Assembly: GCF_009914755.1 (NCBI RefSeq)
Contig: NC_060937.1
Source: the human T2T-CHM13v2.0 reference genome, Homo sapiens
Length of the DNA stretch: 64,000 nucleotides
Direction: 5' to 3' (one strand)
Positions within the stretch are counted from its first letter, which is position 1. Every line of letters starts with the position of its first letter. The position numbers and the translations under genes were made by a program. The notes below the pieces were generated by a model that saw nothing but the letters and a program-made list of their open reading frames with translations, made no database searches and was not told where the DNA came from. This document shows positions 27,730 through 42,100 of the stretch, in pieces.

Positions 27730-28465
27730 CTATGTATGTACGTATGTATGTATGTATGTGAGTGAGATGGGTTTCGGGGTTCTATCATGTTGCCCACGCT
27801 GGTCTCGAACTCCTGTCCTCAAGCAATCCGCCTGCCTGCCTCGGCCGCCCACACTGCTGCTATTACAGGCGTGAGACGCTGCGCCTGGCTCCTTCTACAT
27901 TTGCCTGCCTGCCTGCCTGCCTGCCTATCAATCGTCTTCTTTTTAGTACGGATGTGCTCTCGCTTTATTGTCCATGCTCTGGGCACACGTGGTCTCTTTT
28001 CAAACTTCTATGATTATTATTATTGTAGGCGTCATCTCACGTGTCGAGGTGATCTCGAACTTTTAGGCTCCAGAGATCCTCCCGCATCGGCCTCCCGGAG
28101 TGCTGTGATGACACGCGTGGGCACGGTACGCTCTGGTCGTGTTTGTCGTGGGTCGGTTCTTTCCGTTTTTAATACGGGGACTGCGAACGAAGAAAATTTT
28201 CAGACGCATCTCACCGATCCGCCTTTTCGTTCTTTCTTTTTATTCTCTTTAGACGGAGTTTCACTCTTGTCGCCCAGGGTGGAGTACGATGGCGGCTCTC
28301 GGCTCACCGCACCCTCCGCCTCCCAGGTTCAAGTGATTCTCCTGCCTCAGCCTTCCCGAGTAGCTGGAATGACAGAGATGAGCCATCGTGCCCGGCTAAT
28401 TTTTCTATTTTTACTACAGATGGGGTTTCTCCATCTTGGTCAGGCTGGTCTTCAACTTCCGACCG
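26711..28465 (-). mobile_element. Cluster of diverged minus-strand Alu pieces (26711-26837, ~27511-27890, ~28030-28125, 28251-28465) interleaved with (CA)n, (GGGGT)n, (CCTT)n and (GT)n
   Basis: Alu-like motifs such as CTGGTCTCGAACTCC, CCTCGGCCTCCC and AGACGGAGTTTCACTCTTGTCGCCCAGG. Confidence 0.8.
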
Positions 28466-29552
28466 TTGGAGAATCTTAACTTTCTTGGTGGTGGTTGTTT
28501 TCCTTTTTCTTTTTTTTTCTTTTCTTTTCTTTCCTTCTCCTCCCCCCCCCACCCCCCTTGTCGTCGTCCTCCTCCTCCTCCTCCTCCTCCTCCTCCTCCT
28601 CCTCCTCCTCCTCTTTCATTTCTTTCAGCTGGGCTCTCCTACTTGTGTTGCTCTGTTGCTCACGCTGGTCTCAAACTCCTGGCCTTGACGCTTCTCCCGT
28701 CACATCCGCCGTCTGGTTGTTGAAATGAGCATCTCTCGTAAAATGGAAAAGATGAAAGAAATAAACACGAAGACGGAAAGCACGGTGTGAACGTTTCTCT
28801 TGCCGTCTCCCGGGGTGTACCTTGGACCCGGAAACACGGAGGGAGCTTGGCTGAGTGGGTTTTCGGTGCCGAAACCTCCCGAGGGCCTCCTTCCCTCTCC
28901 CCCTTGTCCCCGCTTCTCCCCCAGCCGAGGCTCCCACCGCCGCCCTGGCATTTTCCATAGGAGAGGTATGGGAGAGGACTGACACGCCTTCCAGATCTAT
29001 ATCCTGCCGGACGTCTCTGGCTCGGCGTGCCCCACCGGCTACCTGCCACCTTCCAGGGAGCTCTGAGGCGGATGCGACCCCCACCCCCCCGTCACGTCCC
29101 GCTACCCTCCCCCGGCTGGCCTTTGCCGGGCGACCCCAGGGGAACCGCGTTGATGCTGCCTTCGGATCCTCCGGCGAAGACTTCCACCGGATGCCCCGGG
29201 TGGGCCGGTTGGGATCAGACTGGACCACCCCGGACCGTGCTGTTCTTGGGGGTGGGTTGACGTACAGGGTGGACTGGCAGCCCCAGCATTGTAAAGGGTG
29301 CGTGGGTATGGAAATGTCACCTAGGATGCCCTCCTTCCCTTCGGTCTGCCTTCAGCTGCCTCAGGCGTGAAGACAACTTCCCATCGGAACCTCTTCTCTT
29401 CCCTTTCTCCAGCACACAGATGAGACGCACGAGAGGGAGAAACAGCTCAATAGATACCGCTGACCTTCATTTGTGGAATCCTCAGTCATCGACACACAAG
29501 ACAGGTGACTAGGCAGGGACACAGATCAAACACTATTTCCGGGTCCTCGTGG

Positions 29553-29559
29553 TGGGATT

Positions 29560-29616
<57 letters not shown>

Positions 29617-29641
29617 CGCGCACGCGCGCACACACACACAC
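29553..29641 (+). repeat. (CT)n followed directly by an alternating (CG/CA)n tract
   Basis: Directly visible. Confidence 0.9.
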
Positions 29642-29774
29642 AATTTCCATATCTAGTTCAGAGAGCACACTCACTTCCCCCTTTCACAGTACGCAGGCTG
29701 AGTAAAACCCGCCCCACCCTCCACCCGTTGGCTGACGAAACCCCTTCTCTACAATTTATGAAAAAGATGATCTG

Positions 29775-30215
29775 GGCCGGGCACGCTAGCTCACGCCTGT
29801 CACTCCGGCACTTTGGGAGGCCGAGGCGGGTGGATCGCTTGGGGCCGGGAGTTCGAGACCAGGCTGGCCGACGTGGCGAAACCCCGTCTCTCTGAAAAAT
29901 AGAACGATTAGCCGGGCCTGGTGGCGTGGGCTTGGAATCACGACCGCTCGGGAGACTGGGGCGGGCGACTTGTTCCAACCGGGGAGGCCGAGGTTGCGAT
30001 GAGCTGAGATCGTGCCGTGGCGATGCGGCCTGGATGACGGAGCGAGACCCCGTGTCGAGAGAATCATGATGTTATTATAAGATGAGTTGTGCGCGGTGAT
30101 GGCCGCCTGTAGTCGCGGCTACTCGGGAGGCTGAGACGAGGAGAAGATCACTTGAGGCCCCACAGGTCGAGGCTTCGGTCGGCCGTGACCCACTGTATCC
30201 TGGGCAGTCACCGGT
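29775..30215 (+). mobile_element. CpG-rich diverged Alu (29775-30056) plus a right-arm fragment (~30090-30215)
   Basis: GGCCGGGCACG...CACTTTGGGAGGCCGAGGCGGGTGGATCGCTT...GAGCGAGACCCCG. Confidence 0.85.
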
Positions 30216-30286
30216 CAAGGAGATATGCCCCTTCCCCGTTTGCTTTTCTTTTCTTCCCTTCTCTTTTCTTCTTTTTGCTTCTCTTT

Positions 30287-30338
<52 letters not shown>

Positions 30339-30420
30339 TTTCTCTCTTCCCCTCTTTCTTTCCTGCCTTCCTGCCTTTCTTCTTTTCTTCTTTCCTCCCT
30401 TCCTCCCTTCCTTCTTTCCT

Positions 30421-31110
30421 CCCGCCTCAGCCTCCCAAAGTGCTGGGATGACTGGCGTGAGGCACCATGCCTGCTTGGCCCAAAGAGACCCTCTTGGAAA
30501 GTGAGACGCAGAGAGCGCCTTCCAGTGATCTCATTGACTGATTTAGAGACGGCATCTCGCTCCGTCACCCCGGCAGTGGTGCCGTCGTAACTCACTCCCT
30601 GCAGCGTGGACGCTCCTGGACTCGAGCGATCCTTCCACCTCAGCCTCCAGAGTACAGAGCCTGGGACCGCGGGCACGCGCCACTGTGCCCACACCGTTTT
30701 TAATTGGTTTTTTTTTCCCCCGAGACAGAGTTTCACTCTCGTGGCCTAGACTGCAGTGCGGTGGCGCGATCTTGGCTCACCGCAACCTCTGCCTCCCGGT
30801 TTCAAGCGATTCTCCTGCATCGGCCTCCTGAGTAGCCGGGATTGCGGGCATGCGCTGCCACGTCTGGCTGATTTCGTATTTTTAGTGGAGACGGGGCTTC
30901 TCCATGTCGATCGGGCTGGTTTCGAACTCCCGACCTCAGGTGATCCGCCCTCCCCGGCCTCCGGAAGTGCTGGGATGACAGGCGTGAGCCACCGCGCCCG
31001 GCCTTCATTTTTAAATGTTTTCCCACAGACGGGGTCTCATCATTTCTTTGCAACCCTCCTGCCCGGCGTCTCAAAGTGCTGGCGTGACGGGCGTGAGCCA
31101 CTGCGCCTGG
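30421..31110 (-). mobile_element. Minus-strand Alu (30722-31003) flanked by Alu fragments
   Basis: GAGACAGAGTTTCACTCTC...GAGCCACCGCGCCCGGCC, with partial arms at ~30421-30480, ~30546-30700 and ~31027-31110. Confidence 0.87.
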
Positions 31111-31158
31111 ACTCCGGGGAATGACTCACGACCACCATCGCTCTACTGATCCTTTCTC

Positions 31159-31206
<48 letters not shown>

Positions 31207-31754
31207 GATGAATTATCTTATGATTTATTTGTGTACTTATTTTCAGACGGAGTCTCGCTCTGGGCGGGGCGAGGCGAGGCGAGGCACAGCGCATCGCTTT
31301 GGAAGCCGCGGCAACGCCTTTCAAAGCCCCATTCGTATGCACAGAGCCTTATTCCCTTCCTGGAGTTGGAGCTGATGCCTTCCGTAGCCTTGGGCTTCTC
31401 TCCATTCGGAAGCTTTGACAGGCGCAACCCCACCCAGAGGCTGGCTGCGGCTGAGGATTAGGGGGTGTGTTGGGGCTGAAAACTGGGTCCCCTATTTTTG
31501 ATACCTCAGCCGACACATCCCCCGACCGCCATCGCTTGCTCGCCCTCTGAGATCCCCCGCCTCCACCGCCTTGCAGGCTCACCTCTTACTTTCATTTCTT
31601 CCTTTCTTGCGTTTGAGGAGGGGGTGCGGGAATGAGGGTGTGTGTGGGGAGGGGGTGCGGGGTGGGGACGGAGGGGAGCGTCCTAAGGGTCGATTTAGTG
31701 TCATGCCTCTTTCACCACCACCGCCACCACCGAAGATGACAGCAAGGATCGGCT

Positions 31755-32022
31755 AAATACCGCGTGTTCTCATCTAGAAGTGGGAACTTACAGATGACAG
31801 TTCTTGCATGGGCAGAACGAGGGGGACCGGGGACGCGGAAGCCTGCTTGAGGGAGGAGGGGTGGAAGGAGAGACAGCTTCAGGAAGAAAACAAAACACGA
31901 ATACTGTCGGACACAGCACTGACTACCCGGGTGATGAAATCATCTGCACACTGAACACCCCCGTCACAAGTTTACCTATGTCACAGTCTTGCACATGTAT
32001 GCTTGAACGACAAATAAAAGTT
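31755..32022 (+). mobile_element. L1 (old L1PA/L1PB-type) 3'UTR terminal fragment
   Basis: AAATACCGCGTGTTCTCA...GGGTGATGAAATCATCTG...CAAGTTTACCTATGT...GCACATGTA...AAATAAAAGTT matches the primate L1 3' end. Confidence 0.8.
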
Positions 32023-32222
32023 AGGGGGGAGAAGAGAGGAGAGAGAGAGAGAGAGAGAGACAGAGAGAGACAGAGAGAGAGAGAGAGGAGGGAGAGAGAA
32101 AACGAAACACCACCTCCTTGACCTGAGTCAGGGGGTTTCTGGCCTTTTGGGAGAACGTTCAGCGACAATGCAGTATTTGGGCCCGTTCTTTTTTTTTCTT
32201 CTTCTTTTCTTTCTTTTTTTTT

Positions 32223-33178
<956 letters not shown>

Positions 33179-33187
33179 CTAGGGCCT

Positions 33188-33542
33188 TCTCTCTGTCTGT
33201 TTCTCTCTGTTCGTCTCTGTCTTTCTCTCTGTGTCTCTTTCTCTGTCTGTCTGTCTCTTTCTTTCTCTCTGTCTCTGTCTCTGTCTTTGTCTCTCTCTCT
33301 CCCTCTCTGCCTGTCTCACTGTGTCTGTCTTCTGTCTTACTCTCTTTCTCTCCCCGTCTGTCTCTCTCTCTCTCTCTCCCTCCCTGTTTGTTTCTCTCTC
33401 TCCCTCCCTGTCTGTTTCTCTCTCTCTCTTTCTGTCTGTTTCTGTCTCTCTCTGTCTGTCTATGTCTTTCTCTGTCTGTCTCTTTCTCTGTCTGTCTGCC
33501 TCTCTCTTTCTTTTTCTGTGTCTCTCTGTCGGTCTCTCTCTC

Positions 33543-33577
<35 letters not shown>

Positions 33578-33771
33578 GTGCCTATCTTCTGTCTTACTCT
33601 CTTTCTCTGCCTGTCTGTCTGTCTCTCCCTCCCTTTCTGTTTCTCTCTCTCTCTCTCTCTCTCTCTCCCCCTCTCCCTGTCTGTTTCTCTCCGTCTCTCT
33701 CTCTTTCTGTCTGTTTCTCACTGTCTCTCTCTGTCCATCTCTCTCTCTCTCTGTCTGTCTCTTTCGTTCTC

Positions 33772-33831
<60 letters not shown>

Positions 33832-33874
33832 ACTCTCTGTGTGTATCTTCTGTCTTACTCTCCTTCTCTGCCTG

Positions 33875-33908
<34 letters not shown>

Positions 33909-34249
33909 CCTTTCTGTCTCTCTCTCTCTCTGTCCCTCTCTCTTTCTGTCTGTTCCTCTCTCTCTCTGTCTCTGTCTTTCTCTGTCTGTCTGCCTCTCTC
34001 TTTCTTTCTCTTTCTGTGTCTCTCTGTCTCTCTCTCTGTGCCTATCTTCTGTCTTACTCTCTTTCTCTGCCTGCCTGCCTGTCTGTCTGTCTGTCTCTCT
34101 CTGTCTCTCTCCCTGCCTTTCTGTTTCTCTCTCTCTCTCCCTCTCTCTCTCCCTCTCTCGCTCTCTCTGTCTTTCTCTCTTTCTCTCTGTTTCTCTGTCT
34201 CTCTCTGTCCGTCTCTGTCTTTTTCTGTCTGTCTCTCTCTTTCTTTCTG

Positions 34250-34282
<33 letters not shown>

Positions 34283-35328
34283 GCTTGTCTCTCTCACTGT
34301 GTCTGTCCTCTGTCTTACTCTCCTTCTCTGCCTGTCCGTCTGTCTGTCTGTCTCTCTCTCTCTCCCTCCCTTTCTGTTTCTCTCTCTCTCTCTCTCTCTC
34401 TCTGCCTGTTTCTCTTTCTCTCTCTGTCTGTCTCTGTCTTTCTCTGTCTGTCTCTTTCTCTGTCTGTCTGTCTCCTTCTCTCTGTCTCCGTCTCTGTCTC
34501 TCTCTCTCTGTCTCTCTCTCTCTGCCTGTCTCACTGTGTCTGTCTTCTGTCTTATTCTCTTTCTCTGTCTGTCTGTCTCTCTCTCTCCCTTCCTGTCTCT
34601 TTCTCTCTCTCTCTCTCTTTCTGTCTGTTTCTCTCTGCCTGTCTCCGTCTTTCTCTGTCTGCCTCTCTCTTTCTTTTTCTGCGTCTCTCTGTCTCTCTCT
34701 CTCTGTGCCTATCTTCTGTCTTACTCTGTTTCTCTGCCTGCCTGTCTGTCTGTCTGTCTCTCTCTCTCTCTGTCTCTCTCTCTTTCTGTCTGTTTCTCTC
34801 TGTCTCTCTGTCCATCTCTGTCTTTCTCTGTCCGTCTCTCTCTTTCTCCCTGTCTCTGTCTCTGCCTCTGCCTCTCTCTCTCTCTGTCTCTCTCTTTCTA
34901 TCTGTTTCTCTCTGTCTCTCTGTCCATCTCTGTCTTTCTCTGTCTGTCTCTCTCTTTCTCCCTGTCTCTGTCTCTGCCTCTCTCTCTCTCTCTCTGTCTG
35001 TCTCTCTCACTGTGTGTGTGTCTCTGTCTCTGCCTCTCTCTCTCTCTCTCTCTCTGTCTGTCTCTCTCACTGTGTGTGTCTGTCTTCTGTCTTACTCTCC
35101 TTCTCTGCCTGTCCGTCTGTCTGTCTGTCTCTCCCTCTCTCTCCCTCCCTTTCTGTTTCTCTCTCTCTCTCTCTCTCTTTCTGTCTGTTTCTCTCTTTCT
35201 CTCTCTGTCTGTCTCTTTCTCTGTCTGTCTGTCTCTCTCTTTCTTTTTCTCTGTCTCTCTGTCTCTCTCTGTGCCTGTCTCTCTGTCTGTGCCTATCTTC
35301 TGTCTTACTCTCTTTCTCTGGCTGACTG

Positions 35329-35369
<41 letters not shown>

Positions 35370-35486
35370 GTCTCCGTCCCTCCCTCCCTGTCTGTCTGTT
35401 TCTCTCTCTGTCCATTTCTGTCTGTCTCTTTCTCTTTCTCTCTCTTTCTTTCTCTCTGTCTCTCTCTGTCTCTCTCTGTCTCTCTC

Positions 35487-35527
<41 letters not shown>

Positions 35528-35606
35528 CTCTCTCACTGTGTCGGTCTTCTGTCTTACTCTCTTTCTCTGCCTGCCTCTCTGTCTGTCTGTCTGTCTCTCT
35601 CCCTCC

Positions 35607-35641
<35 letters not shown>

Positions 35642-35743
35642 ACTGTCTCTCCGTCTCTCTCTCTTTCTGTCTGTTTCTCTCTGTCTCTGTCTTTCTGTGT
35701 GTCTGTCTGTCTCTCTCTCTATTTGTCTTTCTCCCTCCCTGTC

Positions 35744-35784
<41 letters not shown>

Positions 35785-35850
35785 GTCTGTTTCTCTCTAT
35801 CTCTCGCTGTCCATCTCTGTCTTTCTATGTCTGTCTCTTTCTCTGTCAGT
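33188..35850 (+). repeat. CT/CTGT-rich polypyrimidine array of LR1
   Basis: Directly visible; source of the spurious SL/ER-repeat ORFs. Confidence 0.97.
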
Positions 35851-36180
35851 CTGTCAGACACCCCCGTGCCGGGTAGGGCCCTGCCCCTTCCACGAAAGTG
35901 AGAAGCGCGTGCTTCGGTGCTTAGAGAGGCCGAGAGGAATCTAGACAGGCGGGCCTTGCTGGGCTTCCCCACTCGGTGTATGATTTCGGGAGGTCGAGGC
36001 CGGGTCCCCGCTTGGATGCGAGGGGCATTTTCAGACTTTTCTCTCGGTCACGTGTGGCGTCCGTACTTCTCCTATTTCCCCGATAAGCTCCTCGACTTCA
36101 ACATAAACGGCGTCCTAAGGGTCGATTTAGTGTCATGCCTCTTTCACCGCCACCACCGAAGATGAAAGCAAAGATCGGCT

Positions 36181-36448
36181 AAATACCGCGTGTTCTCATC
36201 TAGAAGTGGGAACTTACAGATGACAGTTCTTGCATGGGCAGAACGAGGGGGACCGGGGACGCGGAAGCCTGCTTGAGGGAGGAGGGGTGGAAGGAGAGAC
36301 AGCTTCAGGAAGAAAACAAAACACGAATACTGTCGGACACAGCACTGACTACCCGGGTGATGAAATCATCTGCACACTGAACACCCCCGTCACAAGTTTA
36401 CCTATGTCACAGTCTTGCTCATGTATGCTTGAACGACAAATAAAAGTT
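36181..36448 (+). mobile_element. L1 3'UTR fragment (LR2 copy)
   Basis: Near-identical to 31755-32022. Confidence 0.8.
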
Positions 36449-36507
36449 CGGGGGGGAGAAGAGAGGAGAGAGAGAGAGAGACGGGGAGAGAGGGGGGAGA
36501 GGGGGGG

Positions 36508-36564
<57 letters not shown>

Positions 36565-36690
36565 GTAAAACCAACCACCACCTCCTTGACCTGAGTCAGG
36601 GGGTTTCTGGCCTTTTGGGAGAACGTTCAGCGACAATGCAGTATTTGGGCCCGTTCTTTTTTTCTTCTTCTTCTTTTCTTTCTTTTTTTT

Positions 36691-37601
<911 letters not shown>

Positions 37602-37617
37602 CTACTGGGCTAGGGCC

Positions 37618-38135
37618 TTCTCTCTGTCTGTTTCTCTCTGTTCGTCTCTGTCTTTCTCTCTGTGTCTCTTTCTCTGTCTGTCTGTCTGTCTGTCTGTCTC
37701 TTTCTTTCTTTCTGTCTCTGTCTTTGTCCCTCTCTCTCCCTCTCTGCCTGTCTCACTGTGTCTGTCTTCTATCTTACTCTCTTTCTCTCCCCGTCTGTCT
37801 CTCTCTCACTCCCTCCCTGTCTGTTTCTCTCTCTCTCTCTTTCTGTCTGTTTCTGTCTCTCTCTGTCTGCCTCTCTCTTTCTCTATCTGTCTCTTTCTCT
37901 GTCTGTCTGCCCCTCTCTTTCTTTTTCTGTGTCTCTCTGTCTGTCTCTCTCTCTCTCTGTGCCTATCTTCTGTCTTACTCTCTTTCTCTGCCTGTCTGTC
38001 TGTCTCTCTCTGTCTCTCCCTCCCTTTCTGCTTCTCTCTCTCTCTCTCTCTCTCTCCCCCCTCCCTGTCTGTTTCTCTCTGTCTCCCTCTCTTTCTGTCT
38101 GTTTCTCACTGTCTCTCTCTGTCTGTCTGTTTCAT

Positions 38136-38170
<35 letters not shown>

Positions 38171-38270
38171 GTCTCTCCCTCTCTGTGTGTATCTTTTGTC
38201 TTACTCTCCTTCTCTGCCTGTCCGTCTGTCTGTCTGTCTCTCTCTCTCCCTGTCCCTCTCTCTTTCTGTC

Positions 38271-38319
<49 letters not shown>

Positions 38320-38596
38320 GTCTTTCTCTGTCTGTCCCTTTCTCTGTCTGTCTGCCTCTCTCTTTCTCTTTCTGTGTCTCTCTGTCTCTCTCTCTGTGCC
38401 TATCTTCTGTCTTACTCTCTTTCTCTGCCTGTCTATCTGTCTGTCTCTCTCTGTCTCTCTCCCTGCCTTTCTGTTTCTCTCTCTCTCCCTCTCTCGCTCT
38501 CTCTGTCTTTCTCTCTTTCTCTCTGTTTCTCTGTCTCTCTCTGTCCGTCTCTGTCTTTTTCTGTCTGTCTGTCTCTCTCTTTCTTTCTGTCGTCTG

Positions 38597-38632
<36 letters not shown>

Positions 38633-38823
38633 TCCTTGTCTCTCTCACTGTGTCTGTCTTCTGTCTTACTCTCCTTCTCTGCCTGTCCATCTGTCTGTCT
38701 GTCTCTCTCTCTCTCTCCCTACCTTTCTGTTTCTCTCTCGCTAGCTCTCTCTCTCTCTGCCTGTTTCTCTCTTTCTCTCTCTGTCTTTCTCTGTCTGTCT
38801 CTTTCTCTGTCTGTCTGTCTCTT

Positions 38824-38868
<45 letters not shown>

Positions 38869-39111
38869 GCCTCTCTCACTGTGTCTGTCTTCTGTCTTAT
38901 TCTCTTTCTCTCTCTGTCTCTCTCTCTCTCTCCTTTCCTGTCTGTTTTTCTCTCTCTCTCTCTCTTTCTGCCTGTTTCTCTCTGTCTGTCTCTGTCTTTC
39001 TCTGTCTGTCTGCCTCTCTCTTTCTTTTTCTGCGTCTCTCTGTCTCTCTCTCTCTCTCTCTGTTCCTATCTTCTGTCTTACTCTGTTTCCTTGCCTGCCT
39101 GCCTGTCTGTG

Positions 39112-39149
<38 letters not shown>

Positions 39150-39258
39150 CCTTTCTCTTTCTCTGTCTCTCTCTCTCTTTCTGTGTGTTTCTCTCTGTCT
39201 CTCTGTCCATCTCTGTCTTTCTATGTCTGTCTCTCTCTTTCTCTCTGTCTCTGTCTCT

Positions 39259-39292
<34 letters not shown>

Positions 39293-39394
39293 GTCTCTCT
39301 CACTGTGTGTGTCTGTCTTCTGTCTTACTCTCCTTCTCTGCCTGTCCGTCTGTCTGTCTGTCTCTCTCTCTCCCTGTCCCTCTCTCTTTCTGTC

Positions 39395-39447
<53 letters not shown>

Positions 39448-39724
39448 GTCTTTCTCTGTCTGTCCCTTTCTCTGTCTGTCTGCCTCTCTCTTTCTCTTTC
39501 TGTGTCTCTCTGTCTCTCTCTCTGTGCCTATCTTCTGTCTTACTCTCTTTCTCTGCCTGTCTATCTGTCTGTCTCTCTCTGTCTCTCTCCCTGCCTTTCT
39601 GTTTCTCTCTCTCTCCCTCTCTCGCTCTCTCTGTCTTTCTCTCTTTCTCTCTGTTTCTCTGTCTCTCTCTGTCCGTCTCTGTCTTTTTCTGTCTGTCTGT
39701 CTCTCTCTTTCTTTCTGTCGTCTG

Positions 39725-39760
<36 letters not shown>

Positions 39761-39953
39761 TCCTTGTCTCTCTCACTGTGTCTGTCTTCTGTCTTACTCT
39801 CCTTCTCTGCCTGTCCATCTGTCTGTCTGTCTCTCTCTCTCTCTCCCTACCTTTCTGTTTCTCTCTCGCTAGCTCTCTCTCTCTCTCTGCCTGTTTCTCT
39901 CTTTCTCTCTCTGTCTTTCTCTGTCTGTCTCTTTCTCTGTCTGTCTGTCTCTT

Positions 39954-39998
<45 letters not shown>

Positions 39999-40241
39999 GC
40001 CTCTCTCACTGTGTCTGTCTTCTGTCTTATTCTCTTTCTCTCTCTGTCTCTCTCTCTCTCTCCTTTCCTGTCTGTGTTTCTCTCTCTCTCTCTCTTTCTG
40101 CCTGTTTCTCTCTGTCTGTCTCTGTCTTTCTCTGTCTGTCTGCCTCTCTCTTTCTTTTTCTGCGTCTCTCTGTCTCTCTCTCTCTCTCTCTGTTCCTATC
40201 TTCTGTCTTACTCTGTTTCCTTGCCTGCCTGCCTGTCTGTG

Positions 40242-40279
<38 letters not shown>

Positions 40280-40389
40280 CCTTTCTCTTTCTCTGTCTCT
40301 CTCTCTCTTTCTGTGTGTTTCTCTCTGTCTCTCTGTCCATCTCTGTCTTTCTATGTCTGTCTCTCTCTTTCTCTCTGTCTCTGTCTCTG

Positions 40390-40432
<43 letters not shown>

Positions 40433-41351
40433 GTCTCTCTCACTGTGTGTGTCTGTCTTCTGTCTTACTCTCCTTCTCTGCCTGTCCGTCTGTCTGTCTG
40501 TCTCTCCCTCTCTCTCCCTCCCTTTCTGTTTCTCTCTCTCTCTCTTTCTGTCTGTTTCTCTCTTTCTCTCTCTGTCTGTCTCTTTCTCTGTCTGTCTGTC
40601 TCTCTCTTTCTTTTTCTCTGTCTCTCTGTCTCTCTCTGTGTCTGTCTCTCTGTCTGTGCCTATCTTCTGTCTTACTCTCTTTCTCTGGCTGTCTGCCTGT
40701 CTCTCTCTCTCTCTCTGTCTGTCTCCGTCCCTCTCTCCCTGTCTGTCTGTTTCTCTCTCTGCCTCTCTCTCTCTCTGTCTGTCTCTTTCTCTGTCTGTCT
40801 GTCTCTCTCTTTCTTTTTCTCTGTCTCTCTGTCTCTCTCTGTGTCTGTCTCTCTTTCTGTGCCTATCTTCTGTCTTACTCTCTTTCTCTGGCTGTCTGCC
40901 TGTCTCTCTCTCTCTGCCTGTCTCCGTCCCTCCCTCCCTGTCTGTCTGTTTCTCTCTCTGTCTCTGTCTCTCTGTCCATCTCTGTCTGTCTCTTTCTCTT
41001 TCTCTCTCTCTGTCTCTGTCTCTCTCTCTCTCTGCCTGTCTCTCTCACTGTGTCTGTCTTCTGTCTTACTCTCTTTCTCTGCCTGCCTCTCTGTCTGTCT
41101 GTCTCTCTCCCTCCATGTCTCTCTCTCTCTCTCACTCACTCTCTCTCCGTCTCTCTCTCTTTCTGTCTGTTTCTCTCTCTGTCTGTCTCTCTCCCTCCAT
41201 GTCTCTCTCTCTCTCTCTCACTCACTCTCTCTCCGTCTCTCTCTCTCTTTCTGTCTGTTTCTCTCTCTGTCTGTCTCTCTCCCTCCATGTCTCTCTCTCT
41301 CCCTCTCACTCACTCTCTCTCCGTCTCTCTCTCTCTCTTTCTGTCTGTTTC

Positions 41352-41412
<61 letters not shown>

Positions 41413-41445
41413 GTCTTTCTCCCTCCCTGTCTGTCTGTCTGTCTC

Positions 41446-41478
<33 letters not shown>

Positions 41479-41552
41479 TTCTCTTTCTGTCTGTTTCTCT
41501 CTATCTCTCGCTGTCCATCTCTGTCTTTCTATGTCTGTCTCTTTCTCTGTCA
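37618..41552 (+). repeat. CT-rich polypyrimidine array of LR2 with an internal ~1.13 kb tandem duplication
   Basis: Unique markers such as GCTAGC, GTCTATCTGT and TGTTCCTATC recur at a 1128-1140 bp offset. Confidence 0.95.
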
Positions 41553-41819
41553 GTCTGTCAGACACCCCCGTGCCGGGTAGGGCCCTGCCCCTTCCACGAG
41601 AGTGAGAAGCGCGTGCTTCGGTGCTTAGAGAGGCCGAGAGGAATCTAGACAGGCGGGCCTTGCTGGGCTTCCCCACTCGGTGTATGATTTCGGGAGGTCG
41701 AGGCCGGGTCCCCGCTTGGATGCGAGGGGCATTTTCAGACTTTTCTCTCGGTCACGTGTGGCGTCCGTACTTCTCCTATTTCCCCGATAAGCTCCTCGAC
41801 TTCAACATAAACTGTTAAG

Positions 41820-42021
41820 GCCGGACGCAACACGGCGAAACCCCGTCTCTACTAAAAATACAAAGCTGAGTCGGGAGCGGTGGGGCAGGCCCCTGTAATG
41901 CCAGCTCCTCGGGAGGCTGAGGCGGGAGAATCGCTTGAACCAGGGAAGCGGAGGCTGCAGGGAGCCGAGATCGCGCCACTGCACTACGGCCCAGGCTGTA
42001 GAGTGAGTGAGACTCGGTCTC
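41820..42021 (+). mobile_element. 5'-truncated Alu
   Basis: GGCGAAACCCCGTCTCTACTAAAAATACAAA...GAGAATCGCTTGAACC...GAGACTCGGTCTC. Confidence 0.85.
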
Positions 42022-42100
42022 TAAATAATTACGGAAATTAATTAATTCATTAATTCTTTTCCCTGCTGACGGACATTTGCAGGCAGGCATCGGTTGTCTT

